From Lachnospiraceae bacterium (GTDB taxonomy: Bacteria; Bacillota; Clostridia; Lachnospirales; Lachnospiraceae), in NCBI GenBank assembly GCA_017480445.1, contig JAFVAO010000047.1, positions 685-64,684 of the forward strand: a stretch of DNA of 64,000 nt, given 5' to 3'. Position 1 is the stretch's first letter. Each line of letters starts with the position of its first letter. Positions 22,411 to 32,563 of this stretch are shown here, in pieces. Under the pieces are notes generated by a model. It was not told the origin of the DNA. It saw only the letters and a program-made list of their open reading frames with translations, and ran no database searches. A program made the translations under genes and the position numbers.

Positions 22411-22899
22411 ATGAGTGCAAAGACCAAAATCGTCGTACTTCACATGAAAGAACTGATCTATACAGGCATCTTCGCCGCCTTAGGCATTCTCTTCATCGTT
22501 CTGATGCTCATCATGTTTCTGCCGGACAAGGCAGTTGACGAGAGCACCACACCTCCTGTCGAGACGGATACCACAATCCCCACAGACTCCTCTGCAAGCA
22601 CATACATACCCGGGATCTACACGACAGAGCTTTCCCTGGGCAACCAGACGCTGGATGTGGAAGTCATTGTCAATCAGGAGGCAATCACCTCCATCCGACT
22701 GGTGGATCCGAGCGAAGCGGTGACGACCATGTATCCTCTTTTATCGCCCACACTTTCCTCCATCCGTGAGCAGATCTACGAGACCCAATCCTTCTCCGAC
22801 ATCCGGTATGCATCGGAGAGCAAATACACGTCTCTCGTATTGCTGGAAGCCATCAAAAGCGCTGTGCAGAAAGCGCAGCCTGTAGCCATTGCCGACTAA
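22411..22899 (+). CDS. Conserved hypothetical single-TM protein
   Basis: RBS GGGAGA; N-terminal TM, Thr/Pro linker, YIPGIYT. Confidence 0.7.
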   Translation: MSAKTKIVVLHMKELIYTGIFAALGILFIVLMLIMFLPDKAVDESTTPPVETDTTIPTDSSASTYIPGIYTTELSLGNQTLDVEVIVNQEAITSIRLVDPSEAVTTMYPLLSPTLSSIREQIYETQSFSDIRYASESKYTSLVLLEAIKSAVQKAQPVAIAD

Positions 22900-22925
22900 G
22901 GTCGTCAGGAGCCGGTCGGCACAAT

Positions 22926-22964
22926 AAAAACAGGGACCGCGGTCAATCCCATGTCCCTGTTTTT
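22926..22964. terminator. Bidirectional terminator
   Basis: AAAAACAGGGAC...GTCCCTGTTTTT between convergent genes. Confidence 0.75.
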
Positions 22965-22978
22965 CTGTCGCAAAGCAT

Positions 22979-23857
22979 CTATCGGGAGCGCTTATAAAGT
23001 GCCTGTAGCTCCTCCACCGAGAACACATAATTCTTGTTGCAGAAATGGCAGTTCACCTCAATCTCCTTGCCTTCGTCGATCATGTCCTGCAATTCCTTTT
23101 TGCCGATACTGACAAGCGCCTTCTCCACCCTGTGTTTATCACAGTTACAGGTAAAGCTGCAGGGCATCGTATCCGTGATCTCCGGGGAAAGGCCATCCAA
23201 CAAAATCTCCAGCATCTGCTCCGGCGTATTACCCGCATCCAGCATCGTGGTCACAGGCGCAATTTTCTGCAGATTGTCCTCCAGACGCGCGATCACCTGC
23301 TCATCTGCGAAGGGCATCAGCTGTACGATAAAACCGCCCGCCTGACGCACCGTATTGTCCCGCTCCATGAGCACGCCGAGCCCCACGCTGGACGGCACCT
23401 GCTCAGACACTGCAAAATAGTAGGTGAGGTCTTCCGCAATCTCCCCCGTCTGTAGCTGTGTCTGTCCCACATAGGGTTCCTTTAATCCCATATCCTTGAT
23501 GACGCTGACATAGCCGCTGCCCACGGCGCCGCCGACATCCAGTTTTCCGATCTTGTTCGCCGGCAGAATGACATCCGGCACATTCGCGTATCCCTTGACA
23601 TGTCCCTGCGCATCCGCTGTGACAGTCAGTCCGCCCACCGGTCCGTCTCCCTTGATCTGTATCGTCATGAGATCCTGCGTCCCTTTCAGCATACTGCCCA
23701 TCATGGCGCCCGCGCTCAGCAGCCTGCCGAGTGCCGCTGTCACAACCGGGCTTGTATTGTGTGCCTTCCGCGCCTGCTCCACCAGTTCTCTGGTCGTACA
23801 CGCGAAGGCTCTGATCTGGGCGTCCGCCGCCGTCGCCCGCACCATATAATCACCCAT
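22979..23857 (-). CDS. hslO: Hsp33 redox-regulated chaperone
   Basis: ALGRLLSA, GEIAEDLTYYFAVSEQVPS, AGGFIVQLMP, CNC...CHFC Zn motif. Confidence 0.95.
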   Translation of the reverse strand: MGDYMVRATAADAQIRAFACTTRELVEQARKAHNTSPVVTAALGRLLSAGAMMGSMLKGTQDLMTIQIKGDGPVGGLTVTADAQGHVKGYANVPDVILPANKIGKLDVGGAVGSGYVSVIKDMGLKEPYVGQTQLQTGEIAEDLTYYFAVSEQVPSSVGLGVLMERDNTVRQAGGFIVQLMPFADEQVIARLEDNLQKIAPVTTMLDAGNTPEQMLEILLDGLSPEITDTMPCSFTCNCDKHRVEKALVSIGKKELQDMIDEGKEIEVNCHFCNKNYVFSVEELQALYKRSR

Positions 23858-24728
23858 TTGGTTCCACCGCCTTACTTTTCCCATGTTCTCTGGCCACCAC
23901 ATAGATCCGTTCGCTCTCGTCGGTGACCTCCTGCAGACTGTCCGCATCCAGTGCCCGCACGAACTCCATACCAGCCATGCGGATCAGCGTTTCCATCTGT
24001 GTCAGCGTGTATCCTCTCTGCAGATGGGTCTCCCGAAACCGCCGGAACAGATCGTCCGCCTCCGCCTCCGACGTCTGGTCCTCCGCGCGCCCCTCCTGCA
24101 CAAACACCGTCACATCGTACTGATTCACACAGCTCTCCTCGTCGTAGAAATTCTCCCAGATAAAGCTGCAATCCTCACGGTTCTCCGCGATCACCGTGTC
24201 TCCGATGACTGTGCGATACTTATACACAGTATTAAAGTCAAAAATAAAAACGCCGCCCGGGTACAGATAATTGTTCACCAGACGAAACACCTCGAGCAGC
24301 TCCTCTTCTGCAAGTATATAATTGACGGAATCACAGACACTGATCACCGTTCCCACCGTGCTGTACAGTTCCAGATCCCGCATATCCTGCAGCAAATACA
24401 AAATGTCCGCGCCGCTCTCCTCCCGTTTACGCATGGCGATGTTCAACATGGCCGGCGCGTTGTCGACGCCGATCATGTCGTACCCCTTGGTATAGAGCAA
24501 CTGTGTCAGCGTGCCCGTACCGCAGCCCAGATCCAGCACCAGATCCCGCTCTGACGCAAGCGCGTCCGCATCGGAGCGTTCGCAGGTCTGCATCCCCCTG
24601 CGCTCCACCGGTCTGGAGACCCCGTAGCGCGCGATCAGCTGTGTCAGATTCTCGCACCACTGCGCATAGGGCGTCTCGTCCATCAATTCATCATACACTT
24701 CCGCAAAATCAGCATACACCTTCGCCAT
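23850..24728 (-). CDS. Class I SAM-dependent methyltransferase
   Basis: FAEVYDELM, VLDLGCGTG, QDMRDL, CDSVNY, PGGVFIFD. Confidence 0.9.
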   Translation of the reverse strand: MAKVYADFAEVYDELMDETPYAQWCENLTQLIARYGVSRPVERRGMQTCERSDADALASERDLVLDLGCGTGTLTQLLYTKGYDMIGVDNAPAMLNIAMRKREESGADILYLLQDMRDLELYSTVGTVISVCDSVNYILAEEELLEVFRLVNNYLYPGGVFIFDFNTVYKYRTVIGDTVIAENREDCSFIWENFYDEESCVNQYDVTVFVQEGRAEDQTSEAEADDLFRRFRETHLQRGYTLTQMETLIRMAGMEFVRALDADSLQEVTDESERIYVVAREHGKSKAVEPNG

Positions 24729-25204
24729 CAGAATATCGCTCCCAATGCACCAAACACACCGCTGCTGACAAGTCCCATGATGATTCCCGCCAATACCACG
24801 CCGAGCAATACCGCCGTCACACTGGACTTAAAATCCATATCCAGAAGGCTCGCCGCCAGCGTGCCCGTCCAGGCGCCGGTTCCGGGAAGCGGGATCCCGA
24901 CAAACAAAAGCAATGCCACAAAGAGCCCTCTGCCCGCTTTTTCCTGCAGCTTCTCGCCGCCCCTATGTCCCTTTTCCAGACAGAAGGTGAAAAACCTGCC
25001 GATCACCGGCTTATCCGCGCCCCATTCCAGCACCTTTCTGGCGAAGAAAAATATGATGGGAACCGGAATCATATTGCCGATGATACAAATGATGTAGCTG
25101 GGCAACAAGGGCAACCCAAACCCTATTGCGTAAGGGATCGCCCCGCGCAGCTCAATCAACGGCACCATGGAAATCAGGAAAATAATGATATAATTTTTCA
25201 GCAT
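24728..25204 (-). CDS. Small multidrug export family membrane protein (COG2426-like)
   Basis: ISMVPLIELRGAIP, FVGIPLPGTGAWTG. Confidence 0.85.
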   Translation of the reverse strand: MLKNYIIIFLISMVPLIELRGAIPYAIGFGLPLLPSYIICIIGNMIPVPIIFFFARKVLEWGADKPVIGRFFTFCLEKGHRGGEKLQEKAGRGLFVALLLFVGIPLPGTGAWTGTLAASLLDMDFKSSVTAVLLGVVLAGIIMGLVSSGVFGALGAIF

Positions 25205-25253
25205 CTCTTACTCCAATCTGTTTTTACAATCGATATGCATCCGTGTGCGGTCT

Positions 25254-26318
25254 TCATACAGCTTCTTTGTGCAGATACGCCCGCAAAAATGCCAGCAGCG
25301 CATCCATCTCCTCATCCGTGCCTACGGTGATACGCAGATATTCGCCGATTCGCGGCTTGTTCCAATGGCGCACATAGATATCCGCCTCGCGCAGCGCCAG
25401 AAACAATTGCTCTCCGGAGACCGTCTCATGCCTGGCAAAAATAAAGTTTGCCCTGGAGTCGGGGAACGTAAAGCCCAACTCCTGAAGCGCTTCCTTCACC
25501 CGCTCTCTGGTCCGGATAATTCTGCCCGTGGTCTCCTTAAAATAGGTATCATCCCGCACGGCCTCCACACCCAACAGCTGCGAAGGATAATTCATCGTGT
25601 AGGAATTAAAAGAAAACTTCACATCGTTCAGATAACGGATCAGTTTTGCATTGCCGATACAAAAGCCGATCCGCAGTCCCGCCATCGCCCTGGATTTGGA
25701 GAAGGTCTGCACCACCAGCAGATTGTCATATTGATCCACGAGCGACAACGCACTCTCCCCGCCGAAATCCACATACGCCTCATCCACTATCACCACTACA
25801 TCCGGATTGTGGCGCAGAATATCCTCCACCACGCTAAGCGGCTCCAGCAGACCCGTGGGCGCATTGGGATTGGGGAAAATAATCCCCCCGTTTTCCTGAC
25901 GGTAATCCTCCGGACGGATATGCCAGTCCGCATCCAGTGCACAGGTCTTGTAGGGAATCCGGTAGAGCTCCGCCCACACATCATAGAAGGAATATGTCAC
26001 ATCCGGAAACAGGATCGGCCTGGAACTGTTGAAAAACGTCATAAACGTCATGGAAATCACATCGTCCGACCCCACGCCGACAAATACCTGATCCCGATTC
26101 ACGTGATAATAATCCGCCAGTGCATCCACCAGAGGTGTGGTATTCGGATCCGGGTAACGTCTGAGCGCCGCGCAGTCCAACTGCTTCGCGAGCTCTGCCA
26201 CACCCGGGGCCGGCGGGTAGGGACATTCATTGGTATTCAGCTTGATCATTTTCTGTTTGTGCGGCTGTTCGCCGGCTACGTAAGGTACCACCCTACGCAC
26301 ATTTTCTTCCCATTTCAT
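25254..26318 (-). CDS. hisC: Histidinol-phosphate aminotransferase
   Basis: KLNTNECPY, RRYPD, NPNAPTG, DEAYVDF, TFSKSRAMAGLRIG. Confidence 0.93.
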   Translation of the reverse strand: MKWEENVRRVVPYVAGEQPHKQKMIKLNTNECPYPPAPGVAELAKQLDCAALRRYPDPNTTPLVDALADYYHVNRDQVFVGVGSDDVISMTFMTFFNSSRPILFPDVTYSFYDVWAELYRIPYKTCALDADWHIRPEDYRQENGGIIFPNPNAPTGLLEPLSVVEDILRHNPDVVVIVDEAYVDFGGESALSLVDQYDNLLVVQTFSKSRAMAGLRIGFCIGNAKLIRYLNDVKFSFNSYTMNYPSQLLGVEAVRDDTYFKETTGRIIRTRERVKEALQELGFTFPDSRANFIFARHETVSGEQLFLALREADIYVRHWNKPRIGEYLRITVGTDEEMDALLAFLRAYLHKEAV

Positions 26319-26341
26319 GTCGTTTCTCTCTCCTCACACAA

Positions 26342-26591
26342 TGCCAATACCTTAGGCGTTTGCGAAACGCCATATGCGAAGTATCGAATTGGGCATATTG
26401 TATATTCCATAAGCAGGCGCTTGGAAAACGCCGGCACTTAGATCGCGTACTTTGTGATCTTAGTACCGCTGCGTTTTACATAAAGTAATCGAAGATTACT
26501 TTTGCGAGACGCGTGCCTGCGATGGCATATACAATGTGCACAATAACACTCATATAGAATCTGCGTTTCGCAATTACCTGTGCCAATACCT
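26342..26591. repeat. Nested-palindrome element (MITE/REP-like) flanked by 11-bp direct repeats
   Basis: TGCCAATACCT at 26342 and 26581; imperfect 17-bp terminal inverted repeats 26354-26370/26563-26579; three inner stems. Confidence 0.6.
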
Positions 26592-26659
26592 GTGTATTGT
26601 ACCATGACGGTTATCATTCGTCCAGCAATTCTTTCGTCGGAAATACCGTCTGCGATTCA

Positions 26660-27718
26660 TCACGCTTCCGTCTGTACTGCGGCCTGCAAGGCGGCTCTGT
26701 AGGCCGCCGCCTGCTCCGGCTCGCCCAGTTTCTCATAGCATCGCACCAACCCTGCAAGCGGTCTCTCCTGCTGCGCCGCGAGCACAATATCCGCCGTCGT
26801 CTCATACGCCGCGTTGTAGTACCAGATCGCCGCCTCCTCATAATCGCCAATGCCTTCGTAGAAATCTCCCAGCTCGCAGCAGATCTCCGAGCAGCCCTCT
26901 CCCGCGATCAACTTGGATACGTGTTTAAAAAAGGTGACTGTGTCTCCCCGCAGTCTCGCCGCTCTGGCCACCACACAGCAGGCTTCTGTCAGCTCCTTGG
27001 GACTTCGTCCGGTATCCCGCGCGGACTGCGCGAAAAAGTCCTCCGCCTGCAAAAAATCCTCATCCGATCCGGCCACAAACAACTCGCGCGCATACATTTC
27101 ATGCAGATGTGCCGACAGCCGTACACCCCGGCCGGTCTGTTTGCGGAAATTGGCCAGATCCCTGCCCGCATGGCTGTTCTCCGGCAAATGCGTGATCACG
27201 ATGTCGCTGTCATAGACCACCGGATCCAGCCGGATGGTCTCATGGATCGGCTCCTGCCACACGAATTCCCGCTGTCTCTTGAACAGCTTGGGACGGTATT
27301 CCTCATCAAAATTATAGACGGTTCCGAACTGCAGCTGGTTGCCGTACTTCATTTGCACAATCTCGATCTCCGGCAGCAGCCGCTCCTTGAGCAGACGATA
27401 CCGCTCTCTGTTCTCGGCGTCGAGCACTTCATCCGCATCCGCCGAATAAATATATTCCATATGCGCCTTGGAAAATGCATAATTTCTGGCCGCGCTGAAG
27501 TCGTCAATCCAGACGAAATCATAGATCTGATCGGTATAGCGCGCAGCAATCTCCTTGGTGCGGTCTGTCGATCCGGTATCCACAATGATGATCTCATCCA
27601 TCAGATCCGCCACACTGTCCAGACAACGGGCCAACACCTTTTCTTCGTTCTTGACGATCATACACAGAGAAATTGTGATCCCTCCCGCAGGATCTCTTCC
27701 ATCAAACCCAGCTGCCAT
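26660..27718 (-). CDS. GT2 family glycosyltransferase with helical (TPR-like) C-terminus
   Basis: ISLCMIVKNEE, VDTGSTD, DFSAARN, DADE, IHE; RBS GAGGAGG before ATG 27718. Confidence 0.9.
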   Translation of the reverse strand: MAAGFDGRDPAGGITISLCMIVKNEEKVLARCLDSVADLMDEIIIVDTGSTDRTKEIAARYTDQIYDFVWIDDFSAARNYAFSKAHMEYIYSADADEVLDAENRERYRLLKERLLPEIEIVQMKYGNQLQFGTVYNFDEEYRPKLFKRQREFVWQEPIHETIRLDPVVYDSDIVITHLPENSHAGRDLANFRKQTGRGVRLSAHLHEMYARELFVAGSDEDFLQAEDFFAQSARDTGRSPKELTEACCVVARAARLRGDTVTFFKHVSKLIAGEGCSEICCELGDFYEGIGDYEEAAIWYYNAAYETTADIVLAAQQERPLAGLVRCYEKLGEPEQAAAYRAALQAAVQTEA

Positions 27719-27767
27719 GCGCACCCTCCTCTTCCCGTCCGACATTACAGGTCTTTTCCTAACTGTA

Positions 27768-28448
27768 TCATTTCCGCAGTCCAAAATCAACCCATAGCCA
27801 GAATCCGGCCGTGATATACGGGAGCATCGGCACCGGTTTCCTAAGCCTGCCCGCAGCGGTTACAGTCCGCCGCAAAAGCTGTACGCCTGTCAGAAGGCCA
27901 AACGTGACCACCATATGAAATACATCGTCTGCAAAGCCTCGGTTTGCCGTACACAAAACGCCCGCACACCCGCAGAACGCGAAGCAGTCCGCCCGGCCGT
28001 ACATCTGTCCGAACAGCGCAAACTGCAGCACGCAAAAAAGGAGCAGGTCGCGCACGGGGAAAGCTGACAGCTCCCCGCGCGCCCTTAAACAGCTCATCCC
28101 CATTGCCGCCACGACAATATACGCCGCAAGCCAGACATAGCGATAAACCATTTGCTCCTTCAGATCCATCACACAGGCGGTCAGAAGACAGCCCGCGAAC
28201 GCGCCGAGCAGGATCGTCCTGCCCATATCAGCGGCCGGTTCCGCCCGGACGACCGCCGCCGCGGACAGCCCTCCTGCCCACAGCAAAAGTCTTCTTTCCC
28301 GCCGGGACAGGCGCAGGTGCCAGTCCGGATCTTTTTGGCCAATCTCCCACAGAATCCAGAGGCAAACCTGTATCGCCCAGATTCCCAGCAAATATTGTCC
28401 GATGATCCGAAGCAGGATTGAAATTGTCATCTGCTCCATACAGATCAC
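27768..28448 (-). CDS. Prepilin peptidase-like protein (A24, TadV/CpaA)
   Basis: Polytopic; MDLKE (first Asp), YGRAD (GxGD equivalent), VPMLPYI; last-but-one gene of the Tad operon. Confidence 0.7.
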   Translation of the reverse strand: MICMEQMTISILLRIIGQYLLGIWAIQVCLWILWEIGQKDPDWHLRLSRRERRLLLWAGGLSAAAVVRAEPAADMGRTILLGAFAGCLLTACVMDLKEQMVYRYVWLAAYIVVAAMGMSCLRARGELSAFPVRDLLLFCVLQFALFGQMYGRADCFAFCGCAGVLCTANRGFADDVFHMVVTFGLLTGVQLLRRTVTAAGRLRKPVPMLPYITAGFWLWVDFGLRK

Positions 28449-31400
28449 CGCAATCTGGTGTGGACTTCATCCAGCACGCTCCCCGTCACATCCAGGACGG
28501 CAAAGGCCGGATGTCGCTCCAGCATCTTGTCCTTTTTGTACGCTCTGACCGTGATCTCATAACTGCCGTTCGGCGGCGCATAGAGTGGAATCTCAAACAG
28601 CAGCGCCTCGTCATGGCGATAGGACGGATCCATGTCATAGACGTAGGTATGGTTCAGGTCCGGATCGAGTGCCGCAAGCTCCGCAGGGAACTCCACCTCC
28701 ACACGATCCGCATATCCCCAGCTGGACAGAAACAGACATGCACTCTCCCCGCGCTTGAACGATCGTTCTTCCTCCGGCATGATCGTCCGTACATCCCGCG
28801 GTTCCATTTCCTGCGCATCGGGCGCGTGCACAAGGATAGCCTGCAAATCAAACTCCATCGTGGCACAGGTCAGCGTGCGCTCGTTTCCCACATGGTCAAC
28901 GGCATAAGCCCGCACGGAAAAGTCTCCGCTGAACAGCGGCGCGTCCGCCGTGAGATCAATCCGGATATGCCCCGCATCATCCGGAAGCAGCTTCCGGTAA
29001 TCTCCGTTGTCCAGATTATCGATCTCCAGATAAAATTCCCCCACACCGCTGAGCGCGTCATATGCGGTGAGATCCAGTGTCAGCTGCACCTCTCTCCGGT
29101 CGATCAGCTGCAAGGTCTGCAATTCATCAAATCCATAGATCACCGGCGATTCTCCGTCTCCGATCAGGGTCAGACCATTTTGTGCATCCAGCGTATGATC
29201 CGAATAGAGTACGCCGTCTACGGTATCCGCTCCCGCAATCGGCAGCAGTTCAATCCACTCCCCGTGCGCCGCAGGATTCAGCAGGAATTCCTGCTGCAGC
29301 CGCAGTGTGCGCCCGCGGTTTTCCCGCTCTGCCAGCGTATAGCTTCCGTTCTGCAACACACTCTCCTCTCCCTGCACCGTATAATCCAACGCCGTCCCCT
29401 GCAGCACAACACTGCTGTTCGAAATCGCGCCGGACGGCACAAAGGTCCGGTTCTGTGAGACACGTCCATCCTGCCGCACACTTTCAATGATACTGTAATT
29501 GAGCTGATAGGAGGGCGTCGGCGTGCCGAGCATATAGGAAGTATTGGTCAGCACAAAAGGCGCTTTCCCATCACATCGCACATAATACGTCTGTTCCGGC
29601 GCCGCATACCACACGGCGTCACTGTCCGCGATCTGCATTTGCTGCGTGTAGACCGGCCAGCGGATCTGGCCCGGCTGGCTGCTCGTACTGCCCACCGGAA
29701 GGTGCGTGGTCTTCCCCACATTCCCGGCCTTGTCCACAGGTGCCACGTGCAGATACAACGGTTTATCCGCGAGCGTGACCTTCACCCAGTTGTTTTTGGT
29801 ATTCGAGAACCATTGTATATTACAATTGGTGTTCGTCTTGGTATCCACATAATAGTAATAGCCGGCCACACCGGTGACAATCGTATTCTCCGTGATATTG
29901 GACACACTGATGAGCGAGCCGTCATCCGCAGAATAGGACTGGGCCATGTGGTAGTAGGTATTGCCGTGATCCGCGGGCGTCTCCCAGCAGACCTGCACGA
30001 CATTGTCCCCCGCCGCCAGCCATTGTGCACTGCCCGCGTCGATCGCGTCCGGTGCCTTGTAGTCGGGCGCTCTGACGGCCTCGAGACTGTTGTCCTCCCA
30101 GAAACCGATCTCCTCCGACTCGATATGGATCTCGCCGTCTCCGTACTGCGCACCCGCCTCCGTCACATAGGAGCGCGCCCAGTCCGGATTGACGTAATTG
30201 CTTCCTCCGTAAGCCGGCTTGGCGCTGACCACATCGCCCTCCTCATAGCCGCAGGTGTAATCCTCCGTCATGCCGCAACTTGGCGCATAGGATACCACCA
30301 CGCTGCATTTGGACGGACTCTTGGAGGAAGTGTTGCGCTTTTGGTTGCCGTGAACCGGACAGACATGCTTGTAGTAATTCGTATCATGCCCTGTGCAGGT
30401 CTCTCCCTTGGTGGCATCCGCACCGCAGGCGGGACAATAGATCTCATCGGTTCCTGCCCAGTACCAGTGAACCGAGCCATCCGACTTGTGCTGCAAGGTC
30501 TCATTGCAGATCACCTTCGTGGTATAACAACCACCATTCTCGGAAGGATCCCCTTCATGTACATGGTTACAGACGCCCTCCTCGTGAGTGTGCAGAATCA
30601 GCTCTCCCGCATGTCCGCCGCGATAACCACCGCCTCCGCCGCTGGCACCGGATTCACCGATCATGCCATCCTCCAGCACACTCATCTGTGAGCCGCCTGC
30701 ATGGCCGTCTCCGTTCGGGCCCGCGCCGCCTCCGCCACCGGCGATCAGAAGAACACCCAGATTCTGGGATTCAATGACGCTGTATCCGCCACCCGACGCG
30801 TACGCGGTACTCTGTCCGCCGCCGTTAAAACCGTTGCTGCCACCGCTGCAGCAATACAGCATGTCGTCTCTGTCCAGCCAGAAGCTGCCGCTGATCCTGC
30901 CACCTGCGCCCCCTGCATATTCTCCATAGTCGCCGCCCTGCGCCCCCTGCACCGTCAGCTTATAAAAACCGCTGTACGGCACCAGAAACGGGTGCGCAAA
31001 CCCGTCATAGACAAAATCCTCTGTGTAGGCCTCGTCGGTTCCGACATAAGAGGCATCATAAACCTGCTCCCAGCTCTCAGCGTCGTCACTCTGATACAGA
31101 ATATATGCCTTCCTCCTGCCGTCCGTCTGCGACCAGCTTAAATCCACCGCGCCTCTTCCCTTGTAGGGCTCATAATTTTCCTCCGCGCGCAGGACAAGCT
31201 CCACCCACTGCGCGTACAATGTCACGTCCTCCGTGGGTGTGAAGGCATCCCCCGCCCTGCCCGCCGGACGCAGGAAATCCTCATCATAATACCAGCCGCC
31301 GAAGGAACTGTTCTCCTTGACCGGCAGCGGCAACAGAATCGGATCCGGCGCATACACAGCGCTCACCGTGTCCACATTGCCGTCCGGCACGAGAAATGTG

Positions 31401-32563
31401 TAGCGGTTGCCGGACAGCTTTCCGGCAAAGGAGCCCACCTGTCTCCACTCCGTAAAATGCTGCGTCCCGCGTATGTCCGCAAGTGGCTCCCCACCGCTTG
31501 TACAAAACGAGACCGTCTTTCCGGCAGGCGGCGAAAGCTTTTGCGGATCCACTGTGTAATCCTCCCCGTAGCCGCCGTCCACGACATAGATGCCGGTGAC
31601 GCCTTCATACGCGCCCCCTTCCGGCCGGATCTGCAGACTCGCGCGTGCGCGCTCCCACATGGCATACAGATAGACCGTGCCGCTGTCCTCTCCCGGCTGG
31701 TAATCCTCCGCACACAAATTCAGAATCTCCGCCTCGTCCGCATAGGACTCGCCGCTTCCGTCCGGCGCGGTGTTCCATCCGGCAAACCGCCACCCCACAC
31801 GGGCATAGGTATTTTTGCTTAAGTGCGTCTGCGGCGTTACCGCCCGTCCTTCATACTGTGTCGCATTGTCATAAAAATGATAGCTCTCCGCCATGACACC
31901 GGCGTACTTTTCCCCATTCGCATTGGGCAGGTAAACCACCCTGTAGCGGTTCGCCGAGATGGCGCTGCACCAGTGCCATCCCGTCTCCACTCCCTGCTCC
32001 AGATTGTCGCTGAAGGGACACAGATAATAGTAATGCAAATTCGGATGCATCTCCAGATAGGTCAGGCTGCGCACCGCTTCCTTGCTCATGTAAAAATGAT
32101 TGTACGCAATCGGCTGTCCGCAGTCGGCACAAATCGGCTGCCATGCGGAAAAATGCGGTTTGAGGCAGATCTGTCTCGCAAACGCCACACCCTCATACGT
32201 ATTCCCGTCGGGGTACCCCTGATGGCAGCAGTTTACCTTGGAGAGCCTGACCTGCCACCTGCCCACCGGGATACTGCCCGTGCGTTTGACGGCATAATAA
32301 TGCTCTCCCGCTTGCAGTGCGCGCAGCGTTTGCGGCACACCGGTTACCACATCATCCGCACCGCCCTCCTCGTACCAGACGATGTCGCGGTTGCCGGCAT
32401 CGCTGGTCCATGCACGGCCGTTCGGCGAGAAAGTGACATACGGACTGTCGTAAATCGTTCCGGCCTGCACCGTACATACGCCCCGCCCAAGCAATATACA
32501 CACAGGAAGCAATACGCGCAGAAGCATCCGTACCGCTCCCCCTATTTGATCTGTTTTTCTCAT
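28445..32563 (-). CDS. Large secreted protein (1372 aa): InlB B-repeats, glycine-rich domain, Cys/His-rich segments; putative adhesin
   Basis: Signal peptide ...CTVQA-G; FAGWNTAPDGSG...LYAMW and FGGWY...VTLYAQW repeats; YKLTVQGAQGG...LIAGGGGGAG; 4-bp overlaps with both neighbours. Confidence 0.75.
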   Translation of the reverse strand: MRKTDQIGGAVRMLLRVLLPVCILLGRGVCTVQAGTIYDSPYVTFSPNGRAWTSDAGNRDIVWYEEGGADDVVTGVPQTLRALQAGEHYYAVKRTGSIPVGRWQVRLSKVNCCHQGYPDGNTYEGVAFARQICLKPHFSAWQPICADCGQPIAYNHFYMSKEAVRSLTYLEMHPNLHYYYLCPFSDNLEQGVETGWHWCSAISANRYRVVYLPNANGEKYAGVMAESYHFYDNATQYEGRAVTPQTHLSKNTYARVGWRFAGWNTAPDGSGESYADEAEILNLCAEDYQPGEDSGTVYLYAMWERARASLQIRPEGGAYEGVTGIYVVDGGYGEDYTVDPQKLSPPAGKTVSFCTSGGEPLADIRGTQHFTEWRQVGSFAGKLSGNRYTFLVPDGNVDTVSAVYAPDPILLPLPVKENSSFGGWYYDEDFLRPAGRAGDAFTPTEDVTLYAQWVELVLRAEENYEPYKGRGAVDLSWSQTDGRRKAYILYQSDDAESWEQVYDASYVGTDEAYTEDFVYDGFAHPFLVPYSGFYKLTVQGAQGGDYGEYAGGAGGRISGSFWLDRDDMLYCCSGGSNGFNGGGQSTAYASGGGYSVIESQNLGVLLIAGGGGGAGPNGDGHAGGSQMSVLEDGMIGESGASGGGGGYRGGHAGELILHTHEEGVCNHVHEGDPSENGGCYTTKVICNETLQHKSDGSVHWYWAGTDEIYCPACGADATKGETCTGHDTNYYKHVCPVHGNQKRNTSSKSPSKCSVVVSYAPSCGMTEDYTCGYEEGDVVSAKPAYGGSNYVNPDWARSYVTEAGAQYGDGEIHIESEEIGFWEDNSLEAVRAPDYKAPDAIDAGSAQWLAAGDNVVQVCWETPADHGNTYYHMAQSYSADDGSLISVSNITENTIVTGVAGYYYYVDTKTNTNCNIQWFSNTKNNWVKVTLADKPLYLHVAPVDKAGNVGKTTHLPVGSTSSQPGQIRWPVYTQQMQIADSDAVWYAAPEQTYYVRCDGKAPFVLTNTSYMLGTPTPSYQLNYSIIESVRQDGRVSQNRTFVPSGAISNSSVVLQGTALDYTVQGEESVLQNGSYTLAERENRGRTLRLQQEFLLNPAAHGEWIELLPIAGADTVDGVLYSDHTLDAQNGLTLIGDGESPVIYGFDELQTLQLIDRREVQLTLDLTAYDALSGVGEFYLEIDNLDNGDYRKLLPDDAGHIRIDLTADAPLFSGDFSVRAYAVDHVGNERTLTCATMEFDLQAILVHAPDAQEMEPRDVRTIMPEEERSFKRGESACLFLSSWGYADRVEVEFPAELAALDPDLNHTYVYDMDPSYRHDEALLFEIPLYAPPNGSYEITVRAYKKDKMLERHPAFAVLDVTGSVLDEVHTRLR

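Noticed and set aside
26319-26600. Possible T-box or His attenuator upstream of hisC
   Set aside because: No T-box consensus, His-codon leader peptide or U-tailed terminator on the minus strand
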